NCBI RefSeq assembly: GCF_000008665.1
Contig: NC_000917.1
Coordinates: 1,140,001-1,172,000 of the forward strand
Direction of reading: 5' to 3'
Length of the DNA stretch: 32,000 nt
From: Archaeoglobus fulgidus DSM 4304
Lineage (GTDB): Archaea > Halobacteriota > Archaeoglobi > Archaeoglobales > Archaeoglobaceae
The position numbers were made by a program, and so were the translations under genes. The notes beneath the pieces are model-generated. The model did no database searches. It was not told where the DNA came from and saw nothing but the letters and a program-made list of their open reading frames with translations. This document shows positions 1 to 8,576 of the stretch, one piece after another (the first letter of the stretch is position 1; every line of letters starts with the position of its first letter).

Positions 1-951
1 CTCAGGAAGCGGGCCGTCATCTCTTATTGAGCCTGCAAGGATGAAGGGAACATTGTTCTTAACGCACTCGTACATTATGCCGTCCTTGATTATCCCCTTC
101 TCTATGGCCTTCTTTATGCCCCCAGCAGCGATAACCTTGCTTATGGTGTAGAGGTGGTGTCTGTTTCCTCCTGGCACTGGCCTGCCCTTGCAGATGTCCA
201 TTCCAAGGGAGGTGCCGAAGATTGAGATTTCGATGTCGTGCACGGCTAAAGCATTCCCTGAAAGGAGCAAATCAACGTAACCGTCCCTTATCAGGGCGGC
301 CAAGGCATTTCTGGCTGAGGTGTGGTCAACTGCCGGACCAGCGACGACCGCAATCTTCCCGCCCTTGAGCTTCAGCTCGTAAATCTCCCTTGCAATTGCC
401 TCAATCATCCTCTCGGTCGGCCTTTCCGAGGAAACTCTGCCCCCCATGAACTCAAAAACGGTCGATTTTCTCGGCCTCTCTGGAGGGACGACCCTCACAC
501 CCTTCTCGCCCACCACAACCCTGTCGCCCCTGACGACCTCATCGATTGGTATGCAGTAAGCCCTCCCATCCCTGATAACTATCACTCTGTCCATGCTGAT
601 GTCCTCAACTGGCAGCCACTCTCCGCCGTATCTAACGAATGTGGGGTGGTTTGTAGTCACATAAAAGCCGTCGGGGAGAACCTTGTCAGCAGGAGCTTCG
701 GCTAGCTCAACCTCCTCTATATCGGGAATCCTCGCCCCTATTTTGTGAAGCTCCTTCAGAATCTGCTCAAGGTGAGCGTCATCCCTCCCAAAGACTATCA
801 TCCTTGCATAGCTCGGGTCATCTTTCTTTTTACCTACTCTGAACTCCAGAATCTCGAACTCGCCATCAAGGTCGAGTATAATGTCCAGTGCCTTCGTAAA
901 AATCATGGAGTCAATCAGATGCCCCTCAAACTCAACCTCTCTTGCCTTCAT
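1..951 (-). CDS. TIGR00300-type LOR/SDH conserved-region protein (archaeal ornithine cyclodeaminase-like), C-terminus truncated by window edge
   Basis: Hand translation of the minus strand from ATG 951-949 gives MKAREVEFEGHLIDSMIFTKALDIILDLDGEFEILEFRVGKKKDDPSYARMIVFGRDDAHLEQILKELHKIGARIPDIEEVELAEAPADKVLPDGFYVTTNHPTFVRYGGEWLPVED... with no stop to position 1. Absent from the supplied ORF track. TGA of the upstream gene overlaps its ATG. Confidence 0.8.
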   Translation of the reverse strand, partial: MKAREVEFEGHLIDSMIFTKALDIILDLDGEFEILEFRVGKKKDDPSYARMIVFGRDDAHLEQILKELHKIGARIPDIEEVELAEAPADKVLPDGFYVTTNHPTFVRYGGEWLPVEDISMDRVIVIRDGRAYCIPIDEVVRGDRVVVGEKGVRVVPPERPRKSTVFEFMGGRVSSERPTERMIEAIAREIYELKLKGGKIAVVAGPAVDHTSARNALAALIRDGYVDLLLSGNALAVHDIEISIFGTSLGMDICKGRPVPGGNRHHLYTISKVIAAGGIKKAIEKGIIKDGIMYECVKNNVPFILAGSIRDDGPLPE

Positions 952-1718
952 ACAATCACCCTCATCAGGTAATCCCTGCTTTCAATTATGGATTTTTCCT
1001 CTCTTGTCTCAATGGTTAAAAAACCTGTGTATCTGTTCAGGTTGAATTTACTCAAATCAACAGTTCCGCGGCCGAGAGCTAAATGCTGGTCTGCGGTGCC
1101 GTCGTTGTCGTGCAGGTGCATGTTAACAACTCTGTCGAAGTTTTTGAGGAAGAAGGGGTTTTCCCGTATGTTGTAGTGCCCTACGTCTATCGTGAGCCCG
1201 AGTGTGGTTTTGCCCATTATCTCATTCAAAGCCCTCTCCAGACCGTCTTCTATCATGATAGTGTTTTCGAGAGCGAGCTGAACTGGGCAGGTTTTTACGA
1301 AGGGCAGGAACTCATTCAACAGAACGCTCTCGTTGTGCCTGTCGAAAAGGGATTTGTTGAAGTAGAAATTGCCGTTGTTTATGAAGGCCGGATTCCAGCC
1401 TATGTGGAACGTCACCACCTCCGCCCCGCACTTCTCGGCAAAGTAGCAGACCTTGCTCATCTCCTTGTAGCTGGCCTTTCTCATCTCATTGCTTATCGAA
1501 ATGAAGTTCGTGCTCGTTGCCGGGGCGTGGATGAGCAAGTCCAGATCATAGCTCCACTTCAACTCAATTACCTCAGCAAAGCTCAGATTTTCAAGAGAGT
1601 AGAGGGGGTGGTCCATCAGAATCTCGACATGGGTGAAACCGTTGTTTGCGGCGAACTCAAAGGCCTCTTTCGGAGAGTGCCTCACATCGGGCTGCATTCC
1701 GAGCTTCGCCGATATCAC
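948..1718 (-). CDS. Xylose isomerase-like / sugar phosphate isomerase-epimerase TIM-barrel protein (AP endonuclease 2 superfamily)
   Basis: 256 aa ORF with EIL.DHP, HIGW, LALENT, GLTIDVGHYN, HLHDNDG..DQHLALGRGTVD motifs; overlaps argB by 4 nt. Confidence 0.8.
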   Translation of the reverse strand: MISAKLGMQPDVRHSPKEAFEFAANNGFTHVEILMDHPLYSLENLSFAEVIELKWSYDLDLLIHAPATSTNFISISNEMRKASYKEMSKVCYFAEKCGAEVVTFHIGWNPAFINNGNFYFNKSLFDRHNESVLLNEFLPFVKTCPVQLALENTIMIEDGLERALNEIMGKTTLGLTIDVGHYNIRENPFFLKNFDRVVNMHLHDNDGTADQHLALGRGTVDLSKFNLNRYTGFLTIETREEKSIIESRDYLMRVIV

Positions 1719-2587
1719 GGTTCCACCATCGTCCCGATTCCCTCTTTAGTGAAAAGCTCTATCAGTATGGAATGGGGACGTGAGCCGTCGATTATGTGGG
1801 CCCTCTCAACTCCGCTTTTCAGAGCCTTAATGACGGCATCGACCTTGGGTATCATGCCTCCCCTTATGACTCCCTTGCTTCTCATGTTCTCGAGCTCTGA
1901 CAGCCGGATTCTGGAAATCAGCGTTGATTTGTCATCCGGATTCTCGAGTATTCCCGGAACGTCGGTTAGCATGATGAGCTTCTTCGCCTTCAAAGCTGCA
2001 GCAATGTCTCCCGCAACAACATCGGCATTCAGGTTGTAGGTGTTTCCCGCAAGGTCGGTTGCCACGGGGGACACGACTGGAATGAACCCGTTATCAAGCA
2101 GAATTCTGATAATTTCGGGATTTACAAATTCGGTCTCCCCAACAAAGCCGAGGTCGATTATTACCTCCTCTTCACCCTTCTTCATCCTCATTTCCTTTTT
2201 TCTGGCCACAATCAGCAAACCGTCCTTCCCGCTAAGGCCAACGGCCTTGCCGCCGTTTCTTATAAAGGTCGTAACAATCTTAGAGTTGACCTTTCCGTCC
2301 AGAACCATCTCCACAACTTCCATTGTCTCTTTATCAGTCACCCTCAGTCCTTCAACAAATTTGGGCTTCAGTCCGAATTTCTCCATTTTTTCGGAAATCT
2401 CGGGCCCACCGCCGTGCACCACCACCGGCTTTATACCGACGAAGTAAAGAAGCACTATATCCTTGATGGTGTCCTCAAGAATCCTGTCGTTGACCATCGC
2501 ATGACCGCCAATCTTGATAACCATCGTGGTGGAGTGAAAATCCTTTATATATGGAAGAGCCTCGATCAGCAGTTCCACGTTTTCCAT
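1715..2587 (-). CDS. argB: Acetylglutamate kinase
   Basis: VIKIGGHAM, VVHGGGPEI, RVTDKETMEVVEMVLDGKVN, GGMIPKV motifs typical of ArgB. Confidence 0.95.
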   Translation of the reverse strand: MENVELLIEALPYIKDFHSTTMVIKIGGHAMVNDRILEDTIKDIVLLYFVGIKPVVVHGGGPEISEKMEKFGLKPKFVEGLRVTDKETMEVVEMVLDGKVNSKIVTTFIRNGGKAVGLSGKDGLLIVARKKEMRMKKGEEEVIIDLGFVGETEFVNPEIIRILLDNGFIPVVSPVATDLAGNTYNLNADVVAGDIAAALKAKKLIMLTDVPGILENPDDKSTLISRIRLSELENMRSKGVIRGGMIPKVDAVIKALKSGVERAHIIDGSRPHSILIELFTKEGIGTMVEP

Positions 2588-2755
2588 GTGTCCAGATTCA
2601 GGTTGGGATACTTAAGGATTATCAGACCGCATTGCTGGAGGCAAGTGTTAAAAACTGCCTGGATTCCCAAAATCGGCGTGGATGGCTCAGGCAATCTGCT
2701 GAGCAATTGTAAAGCTGCTGAATGGTAGTAGCCTTGAAAAATCTTTAGATTGGAG

Positions 2756-2830
2756 CGGACCCGGCGGGATTTGAACCCGCGATCTACGGCTTAGAAGGCC
2801 GTCGCTCTATCCATGCTGAGCCACGGGCCC
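2756..2830 (-). tRNA. tRNA-Arg(TCT)
   Basis: Minus strand GGGCCCGTGGCTCAGCATGGATAGAGCGACGGCCTTCTAAGCCGTAGATCGCGGGTTCAAATCCCGCCGGGTCCG folds as a cloverleaf; loop CTTCTAA gives anticodon TCT. TATA-like ATATAAAC lies about 21-28 nt upstream. Confidence 0.93.
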
Positions 2831-2859
2831 TTAAGGGTAGGGGGGCATTGGTGTTTATA

Positions 2860-3366
2860 TCAGTATCGCTTAAGGATTTTGATAAGCTCCCCGCAGAAGT
2901 ACGGCAAGTCGTCGGGCATACGGGAGGTTATTACGTTCCCGTCAACAACAACCGGCCTGTCTTCGTAAAGGGCTCCCGCTGCAATCAAATCGTCTCTTAT
3001 TCCAATCCAGGACGTCATTCTTCTTCCCTTAACGGCCATCGCCGATATCAAAAGCTGAGGTCCGTGGCAGATGGCTGCAACTGGCTTTCCAAGCTCCAAA
3101 AAGTCCTTGACTATCTCAACAGCCCTCTCGTTTATTCTGACCCTTTCAGGGGACTTTCCGCCAGGGATGACCAGCCCGGCGTAATCCTCAACCTTCACAT
3201 CCTCGTAGGTTAAATCCGGCCTCACCTGATAGCCTTTCTTCCCCACCCTGACTTCGAGAGACGATGAGGCGACCTTCACCTCTAACCCCTCTTCCCGGAG
3301 CCTGTAGAGCGGGTAGAAAAGCTCGAGGTCCTCAAATTCATTCTCAGCCAGAATCAGCACCCTCAT
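2860..3366 (-). CDS. DJ-1/PfpI family protein (intracellular protease/deglycase-like)
   Basis: AGLVIPGG, ICHGPQLL nucleophile-elbow motif, 168 aa. Confidence 0.88.
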   Translation of the reverse strand: MRVLILAENEFEDLELFYPLYRLREEGLEVKVASSSLEVRVGKKGYQVRPDLTYEDVKVEDYAGLVIPGGKSPERVRINERAVEIVKDFLELGKPVAAICHGPQLLISAMAVKGRRMTSWIGIRDDLIAAGALYEDRPVVVDGNVITSRMPDDLPYFCGELIKILKRY

Positions 3367-3412
3367 GATAACAGCTCAAAAACCTAATATTTACCTTTTC
3401 CCAATCTTACTT

Positions 3413-4003
3413 GTGGAGAGAAAACTTAGAAACCTTCAGCTTGCCGAGAAGGTAGAAAAAATAGCGGAAAAAGACGTTAATCTCGCTGAAAAGGTTGTCA
3501 GAAGCTTTGAAGACAGGGAAGCAAAGATTTTCGGCTTCTTAACCCTCTTCAAACTAACGAGAAACCCCGAATACCTCAAAGATGCCGTTGAGATGGCTGA
3601 AACTGACGAAGACTATCTCATGATAGTGGAGCGCTCCGAAGAGGCTTTGCCTGAAATTGCCGAGATGATTGAAAGCAGCTACCGCAAAAATCTGGCGTAC
3701 TGTGTGCTTCTCGAAAAAACTGGTGATCTTAATTTAACCACGAAGATTTCGGACGTCAGACTTCTCTCAGCTTCACTGAAAAGGGTTGCCATGAAGAGGC
3801 ATTACCCTGAGAGTCTAAGGGTTGCGAGAATGATTCCAGACCCCTACTACAGGGCTTTGGCTCTCATGGAGCTTGGTGAGAAGGAGAGAATCGACTTGAA
3901 AGATGAGATTGCTGAAGCGGTGAAGCAGGTGGACAATGCAGCAATGAGGAGGAGGCTTGAGGAGAAAATGAAGAAAAATATTAATTCTCCGAAGCAACTC
4001 TGA
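3413..4003 (+). CDS. Hypothetical helical protein; likely starts at GTG 3413 rather than ATG 3365
   Basis: ORF 3365..4003. The ATG at 3365 interlocks with the divergent gene's start in a CATG, and a TATA-like 'taatattta' sits about 20-30 nt upstream of GTG 3413. Leu/Glu/Lys-rich helical repeats. Confidence 0.6.
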   Translation: MERKLRNLQLAEKVEKIAEKDVNLAEKVVRSFEDREAKIFGFLTLFKLTRNPEYLKDAVEMAETDEDYLMIVERSEEALPEIAEMIESSYRKNLAYCVLLEKTGDLNLTTKISDVRLLSASLKRVAMKRHYPESLRVARMIPDPYYRALALMELGEKERIDLKDEIAEAVKQVDNAAMRRRLEEKMKKNINSPKQL

Positions 4004-4005
4004 TT

Positions 4006-4308
4006 ATGGGCGAGACGAGCGTAACACTAATTGGCTTAATTGTAGGGCTCCTTTTCGGTCTCAGCGGTATAGCAACTCTCCTAAGCCTGATGAGTGACGT
4101 CGTCAGCGACGCGCAGGCTCAGCTTTCTCAGCTTGGCGTTGCTTCAACGCTTGTAATGCTGGTTATCGCGCTGATTCTGATAATTAAAGTCAGAGTGCTT
4201 TCCGCCCTTATTGTGGGTGCTGTGATTGGAGCAGTGCTGAATTTGGTCCTACAGGCCAACGGTGTGAACATTCTGGAGATGCTGAGGGCAGCAGTGTTCG
4301 GAACATGA
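4006..4308 (+). CDS. Small membrane protein of unknown function (about 3 TM segments)
   Basis: 100 aa with three hydrophobic stretches; starts immediately after the preceding gene. Confidence 0.65.
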   Translation: MGETSVTLIGLIVGLLFGLSGIATLLSLMSDVVSDAQAQLSQLGVASTLVMLVIALILIIKVRVLSALIVGAVIGAVLNLVLQANGVNILEMLRAAVFGT

Positions 4309-4369
4309 GTTTGACCGGTTTGGTCAAAACTGCGAAAGTGATTTAACAAGAAATCAAAAAGCCTAAATC

Positions 4370-4774
4370 ATGGACGAGTTAGAGCTAATCAGACAGAAAA
4401 AACTCAAGGAGATGATGCAGAAAATGAGTGGTGAGGAGAAGGCTAGAAAGGTTTTGGATTCTCCGGTAAAGCTGAACTCATCGAATTTCGACGAGACGCT
4501 GAAAAACAACGAGAACGTGGTAGTGGACTTCTGGGCGGAGTGGTGCATGCCGTGCAAAATGATTGCTCCGGTTATTGAGGAGCTGGCAAAGGAGTACGCG
4601 GGAAAGGTGGTGTTCGGAAAGCTGAACACAGACGAGAATCCAACCATCGCGGCAAGGTACGGAATTTCAGCCATTCCAACGCTGATATTTTTCAAAAAAG
4701 GAAAGCCGGTGGACCAGCTTGTGGGAGCAATGCCGAAAAGCGAGCTGAAGAGATGGGTTCAGAGGAATCTCTAA
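4370..4774 (+). CDS. trx: Thioredoxin
   Basis: VVDFWAEWCMPCKMIAPVIEELA...YGISAIPTLIFFKKG; active site CMPC. Confidence 0.93.
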   Translation: MDELELIRQKKLKEMMQKMSGEEKARKVLDSPVKLNSSNFDETLKNNENVVVDFWAEWCMPCKMIAPVIEELAKEYAGKVVFGKLNTDENPTIAARYGISAIPTLIFFKKGKPVDQLVGAMPKSELKRWVQRNL

Positions 4775-5829
4775 ACGAACATTTGCTTGGGCGGCTGTCT
4801 TGAGGGCATCTTGACCTTCTCGGCAGCCGTGAGCAAATCTTCGGTTTCTATTTTATCTTTTCCCTCCGCAATCGCCTTGTGCAGAGAGGCTTTTATCACC
4901 TTCTCAACCAGGTCTCTGCCGCTGAATCCCTCCGATGCAGCAGCAACAAGCTCAAGCCTGGCCTTAACAGGAACTGGGAATTCTTCAAGGTTTCTCCTTA
5001 GGATTTCAAGTCTCTCCTCATAGCTGGGCAGCCTGAACTCTATCTCCTCCTCGAATCTGCTCCTTATCGATGCGTCAAGCAGCTCAACTCTGTTTGTTGC
5101 AGCAATCGTGCATATCCCCTCGTTGCTGTTCGTCCCGTCAAGCTCTGTCAGCAGGGCATTCACAATTTCCGAAACATCGCCCCTGATTTCCTGATAGCCT
5201 CGGTCAAGGGCTATTGCATCGAACTCGTCCAGAAAGACTATACAGGGAGCAAGCTGCCTTGCCCTCTCGTAGAGCTCGTGAACTCTTCTCGCTCCGTCAC
5301 CAACATGCTCTCCGATAAGCTTCGTTGACTTCACCGACAAAAAGGGTGTTTTTGCCTCGTTGGACAGGGCTTTGGCCATCATCGTCTTACCTGTGCCGGG
5401 TGGGCCGTAGAAGAGCACGTTCTTCGGAGCCCACTTGCCGAACTTTTCTGGATTCCTGAGATACTCAAGAATGACCTTTGCCTTCCTCTTTGCCTCTTCC
5501 TGCCCAACCACATCGTCCAGCGTGATGTCTCTGACAATTTCGGTCTCGATAACTCTGGGGTCGCTTTCCACGAGGATTATCGTGGAGTCCGAAATGTACC
5601 CCGATGGCGGGTCGCAGTCGATTACCTCAAAGGCAAAGTCGGGAAACATCCTCATATCGAAAATTAGCTTGTTCTTGTGCACAAACTCCCCCTTCCACTG
5701 GTCTTTAGCGTAAACATCAAAGACCTTCGGATTATCCACCTGGGGATATTCGTGATAGCTCGCCTTGAGGGGGTAGCCCAAAGGACGAACTATCAGGTAT
5801 CTCAACTCAGCCGTTTCCCTCTTTGCCAT
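4771..5829 (-). CDS. AAA+ ATPase, AMA-like (AAA protein of methanogens and Archaeoglobus)
   Basis: Single AAA domain: GPPGTGKT Walker A, CIVFLDEFDAI Walker B, AATNR sensor 1; N-domain of about 90 aa. Subfamily assignment is from memory. Confidence 0.82.
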   Translation of the reverse strand: MAKRETAELRYLIVRPLGYPLKASYHEYPQVDNPKVFDVYAKDQWKGEFVHKNKLIFDMRMFPDFAFEVIDCDPPSGYISDSTIILVESDPRVIETEIVRDITLDDVVGQEEAKRKAKVILEYLRNPEKFGKWAPKNVLFYGPPGTGKTMMAKALSNEAKTPFLSVKSTKLIGEHVGDGARRVHELYERARQLAPCIVFLDEFDAIALDRGYQEIRGDVSEIVNALLTELDGTNSNEGICTIAATNRVELLDASIRSRFEEEIEFRLPSYEERLEILRRNLEEFPVPVKARLELVAAASEGFSGRDLVEKVIKASLHKAIAEGKDKIETEDLLTAAEKVKMPSRQPPKQMFV

Positions 5830-5871
5830 TCACACAATATTTGCTCCTCTGCTTAATATGTCTTTTTATCG

Positions 5872-6692
5872 TCACTCCAGCAAGACGCGTATAACCGTCA
5901 GCGTTGAACTTCTGGCTATCTCCGGAATGCTTCCACCCCCGAGAACCACAACAAGCTTTCCGTTGCAAATCTCTTCTGCCAGCTGTTTAATCTTTACTGC
6001 TATCTCCCTGTAGTCCCTAACTTTCAGACCGATATCTCCGTAATCCCCGACGTGCGTGTCATGGCCGAAGTACCAGAAAAGGATGTCCGGATTGAAGTTC
6101 TTAGCCTGATCGCAGAACATTTCAACAGCATCTCTGTAAGAGTGGGTAAAGTAGCTGACGTCGATTTTTAGCCCGTCTTCCGATACGTAATCTCTGTCGC
6201 AAATGCAGAAGTGCAGCGCTTTGAAATCATTGAGCTCAATAAGCTCTCTCGTTCCATCGCCATGATGCGCGTCGGTGTCTATGATGGCAACCCTGAGCTC
6301 ACCAAACTTGTCGTAGAGGTTTTGAATCGCCAGAACCACGTCGTTGAAGCAGCAGTATCCCCAAAAGTAATCTCTGCCTGCATGATGCCCCCCAGCTCCG
6401 ATGTAGCAGAAGGCGTTTTTCAGCTCTTCGCAGTAAACCATCTCCGCTGCCCTAACAACTCCCCTGCGGAGTGCCAGGCTGTCGAGCAGAGAGGGTCCTT
6501 TTTCACCCCTTCAAGGTGCTCTTTGGTGTGTATTTTCAAAATCAGCTCCTCATCGACTGCTGGCGATTCGATAATCTTCAATTTTGGGCTCTCAATTTCT
6601 GCAAAAGCTTCGGGAAAGTCTCTCAGCCTTGTTCCCAGTGTGAGATAGCTTCTTCTGCTGAAAGAAGGGTGATAAAAAACACCAGTAAACAT
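5872..6692 (-). pseudogene. Histone deacetylase / acetylpolyamine amidohydrolase family gene, split by a single frameshift
   Basis: Upstream ORF 6420..6692 (FYHPSF...KIHTKEHLEGVKKDPLCSTAWHSAG) and downstream ORF 5872..6441 (EMVYCEELKNAFCYIGAGGHHAGRDYFWGYCCFNDV...DTDAHHGDGT...GHDTHVGDYGD) are the two parts of one HDAC domain in different frames. Confidence 0.8.
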
Positions 6693-6698
6693 AAAAAT

Positions 6699-8459
6699 TT
6701 AGGAAGACTTGAGTTCAGGGAAGTCGTCGTAGAAGTACTCGTGCTCCCCCTTCTCTCCCTTCTTCCTCTTCTCCTCCTCAATCTGCCTCAGCTCAACTCT
6801 CCTTATTTTACCGCTGATGGTCTTGGGCAGCTCGGGAACAAACTCGATTATCCTGGGTATCTTGTACCTCGCAAGAATATTCTTGCAGTGCATGAACAGC
6901 TCAAGAGCAAGCTCCCTTGATGGCTCGTAGCCCGGAGCAAGTATGACGAAGGCCTTGACGAGCTGATACCTTATGGGATGCGGGCTTCCAACAACAGCAG
7001 CCTCAGCAACTGCAGGGTGCTCAATAAGGGCGCTCTCAACCTCAAATGGTCCGACACGGTAATCAGAAGTTTTTATGACATCATCAGCCCTGCCAACAAA
7101 CCACCAGTACCCCTTCTCGTCGAAGAACGCCTTATCTCCCGTGTAGTAGTACTTTCCAACGAAAACTTTGGCCGTTTTCTCAGGGTCGCCCATGTACTCC
7201 TTGAACAGCCCAATCGGCCTCCAGCGATCAAGCCTGACGACGATGTGGCCAACCTCATTGGGCTTCGTTATTTCATTGCCCTCATCATCAACGAGAGTAA
7301 CGTCGTACATGAAGGTGGGCCTGCCGAAAGAGCCGGGAATGATTTTGCCTCCCTTGAACCACGGCGGGTTGCCTATCATTGCGGTGCTCTCCGTCTGGCC
7401 GTAGAAGTCCCTGATTTCCGTGTCGGTGTACTTCTTCCACTGCTCGTAGAGTTCGGGGTTGAGTGGTTCTCCAGCGCTAACGACATCCCTCAATGCCGAG
7501 TAGTCGTACTTTCCTATGTCTGCGAACATGAACAGCCTCCATGCTGTTGGCGGGGCGCAAAAGGTGTTGACCTTGAACTCGGACACAGCCTGAAGGTAAA
7601 GGTCACCGTTCAGCCTCGTGTAGTAGAAACCGGTCGCAGTGGCTCCGACGTTAAGAGGGGCAAAGAAGGAGCTCCACGCGTACTTCGCCCATCCCGGAGC
7701 GCTCAGGTTGTGGTGAATATCTCCCGGTTGCACATTGATTATGCATGCTGTCATGAGGTGGCCCACTGGGTAGGATGTAGCGGTGTGGGCAACTCTCTTC
7801 GGCAATCCCGTCGTTCCCGAGGTGAAGAAGCTGAAGATTATGTCGTCCCACTTCGTCTTTGCAGCCTCAGCTTCCGACGACTCCTTGCTAAGGGAATCGT
7901 AGCTCTCCCATCCGCTCCTGTCTCCGATAACAATTTTGACTTTTGGCTCCGCACCAACGTTGCTTAAAGCCTCATCAATTGTTTTGGCTGAAGCTTCGTC
8001 GGCCATAATTGCAACCGGCGGGTAAACTTTGAACCTGTATTCAAGGTCTCTGACCGTCATCGTTGTAGCGGTGGGAACTCCTATGAACCCTCCCTTGACA
8101 GTTGCAAAGGTTGCGAACCATATTGGGGGCAGGAGGGGAATCATCATGTAGAAGCTGTCCCCCTTCTCCACGCCGTGTCCCCTCAGGAAGTTAACAATCC
8201 TGTTTCCTTCAGCAGCAAACTGCTCGTAGGTGTATTCCTTCTTTTCTCCCGTCTCAATGTTCGACCATATCAGGGCCTTCTGATTCCCCCTATCCTTCAC
8301 GTGAACTCCCTCAAAGATTTCTTCCGCCCAGTTGAAGTACTCAGGCAGCTGCATCGTGTTCAGCTTTCTGAAAAACTCTTCCATGGCCTTTTCCTTCGTC
8401 TCATTGTCTGGCAACTTCGTCAATTCGATAAATTCCCTATATATCTCCTCCATCTTCAT
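6699..8459 (-). CDS. AMP-forming acyl-CoA synthetase (acetyl-/medium-chain acyl-CoA ligase family)
   Basis: 586 aa, FSFFTSGTTGLPKRVAH, DFYGQTESTA, YYTGDKAFFDEKGYWWFVGRADDVIKTSDYRVGPFEVE, PKTISGKIRRVELR. Confidence 0.92.
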   Translation of the reverse strand: MKMEEIYREFIELTKLPDNETKEKAMEEFFRKLNTMQLPEYFNWAEEIFEGVHVKDRGNQKALIWSNIETGEKKEYTYEQFAAEGNRIVNFLRGHGVEKGDSFYMMIPLLPPIWFATFATVKGGFIGVPTATTMTVRDLEYRFKVYPPVAIMADEASAKTIDEALSNVGAEPKVKIVIGDRSGWESYDSLSKESSEAEAAKTKWDDIIFSFFTSGTTGLPKRVAHTATSYPVGHLMTACIINVQPGDIHHNLSAPGWAKYAWSSFFAPLNVGATATGFYYTRLNGDLYLQAVSEFKVNTFCAPPTAWRLFMFADIGKYDYSALRDVVSAGEPLNPELYEQWKKYTDTEIRDFYGQTESTAMIGNPPWFKGGKIIPGSFGRPTFMYDVTLVDDEGNEITKPNEVGHIVVRLDRWRPIGLFKEYMGDPEKTAKVFVGKYYYTGDKAFFDEKGYWWFVGRADDVIKTSDYRVGPFEVESALIEHPAVAEAAVVGSPHPIRYQLVKAFVILAPGYEPSRELALELFMHCKNILARYKIPRIIEFVPELPKTISGKIRRVELRQIEEEKRKKGEKGEHEYFYDDFPELKSS

Positions 8460-8576
8460 AACAACCTCCCTTACCTACATTTTTAATCACACATCTTTTA
8501 CATAGTATTTAAGAATTTTGATTCGAATTGAATTAAATGAAAAGTTTTAAGTTTTCAGAACAATGACATATGAACA

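Noticed and set aside
1083-2039. 318-aa plus-strand ORF from the track
   Set aside because: Lies antisense to argB and the TIM-barrel gene, which have clear motifs; the product has no recognisable domain and looks like a mirror-frame ORF.
2590-2755. Possible small RNA in the gap between argB and tRNA-Arg
   Set aside because: GC-rich patches and short complementary words exist but no convincing secondary structure could be established by eye.
6978-7967. 329-aa plus-strand ORF and neighbouring 7073..7851 ORFs
   Set aside because: Entirely antisense to the acyl-CoA synthetase, whose protein sequence is unambiguous.
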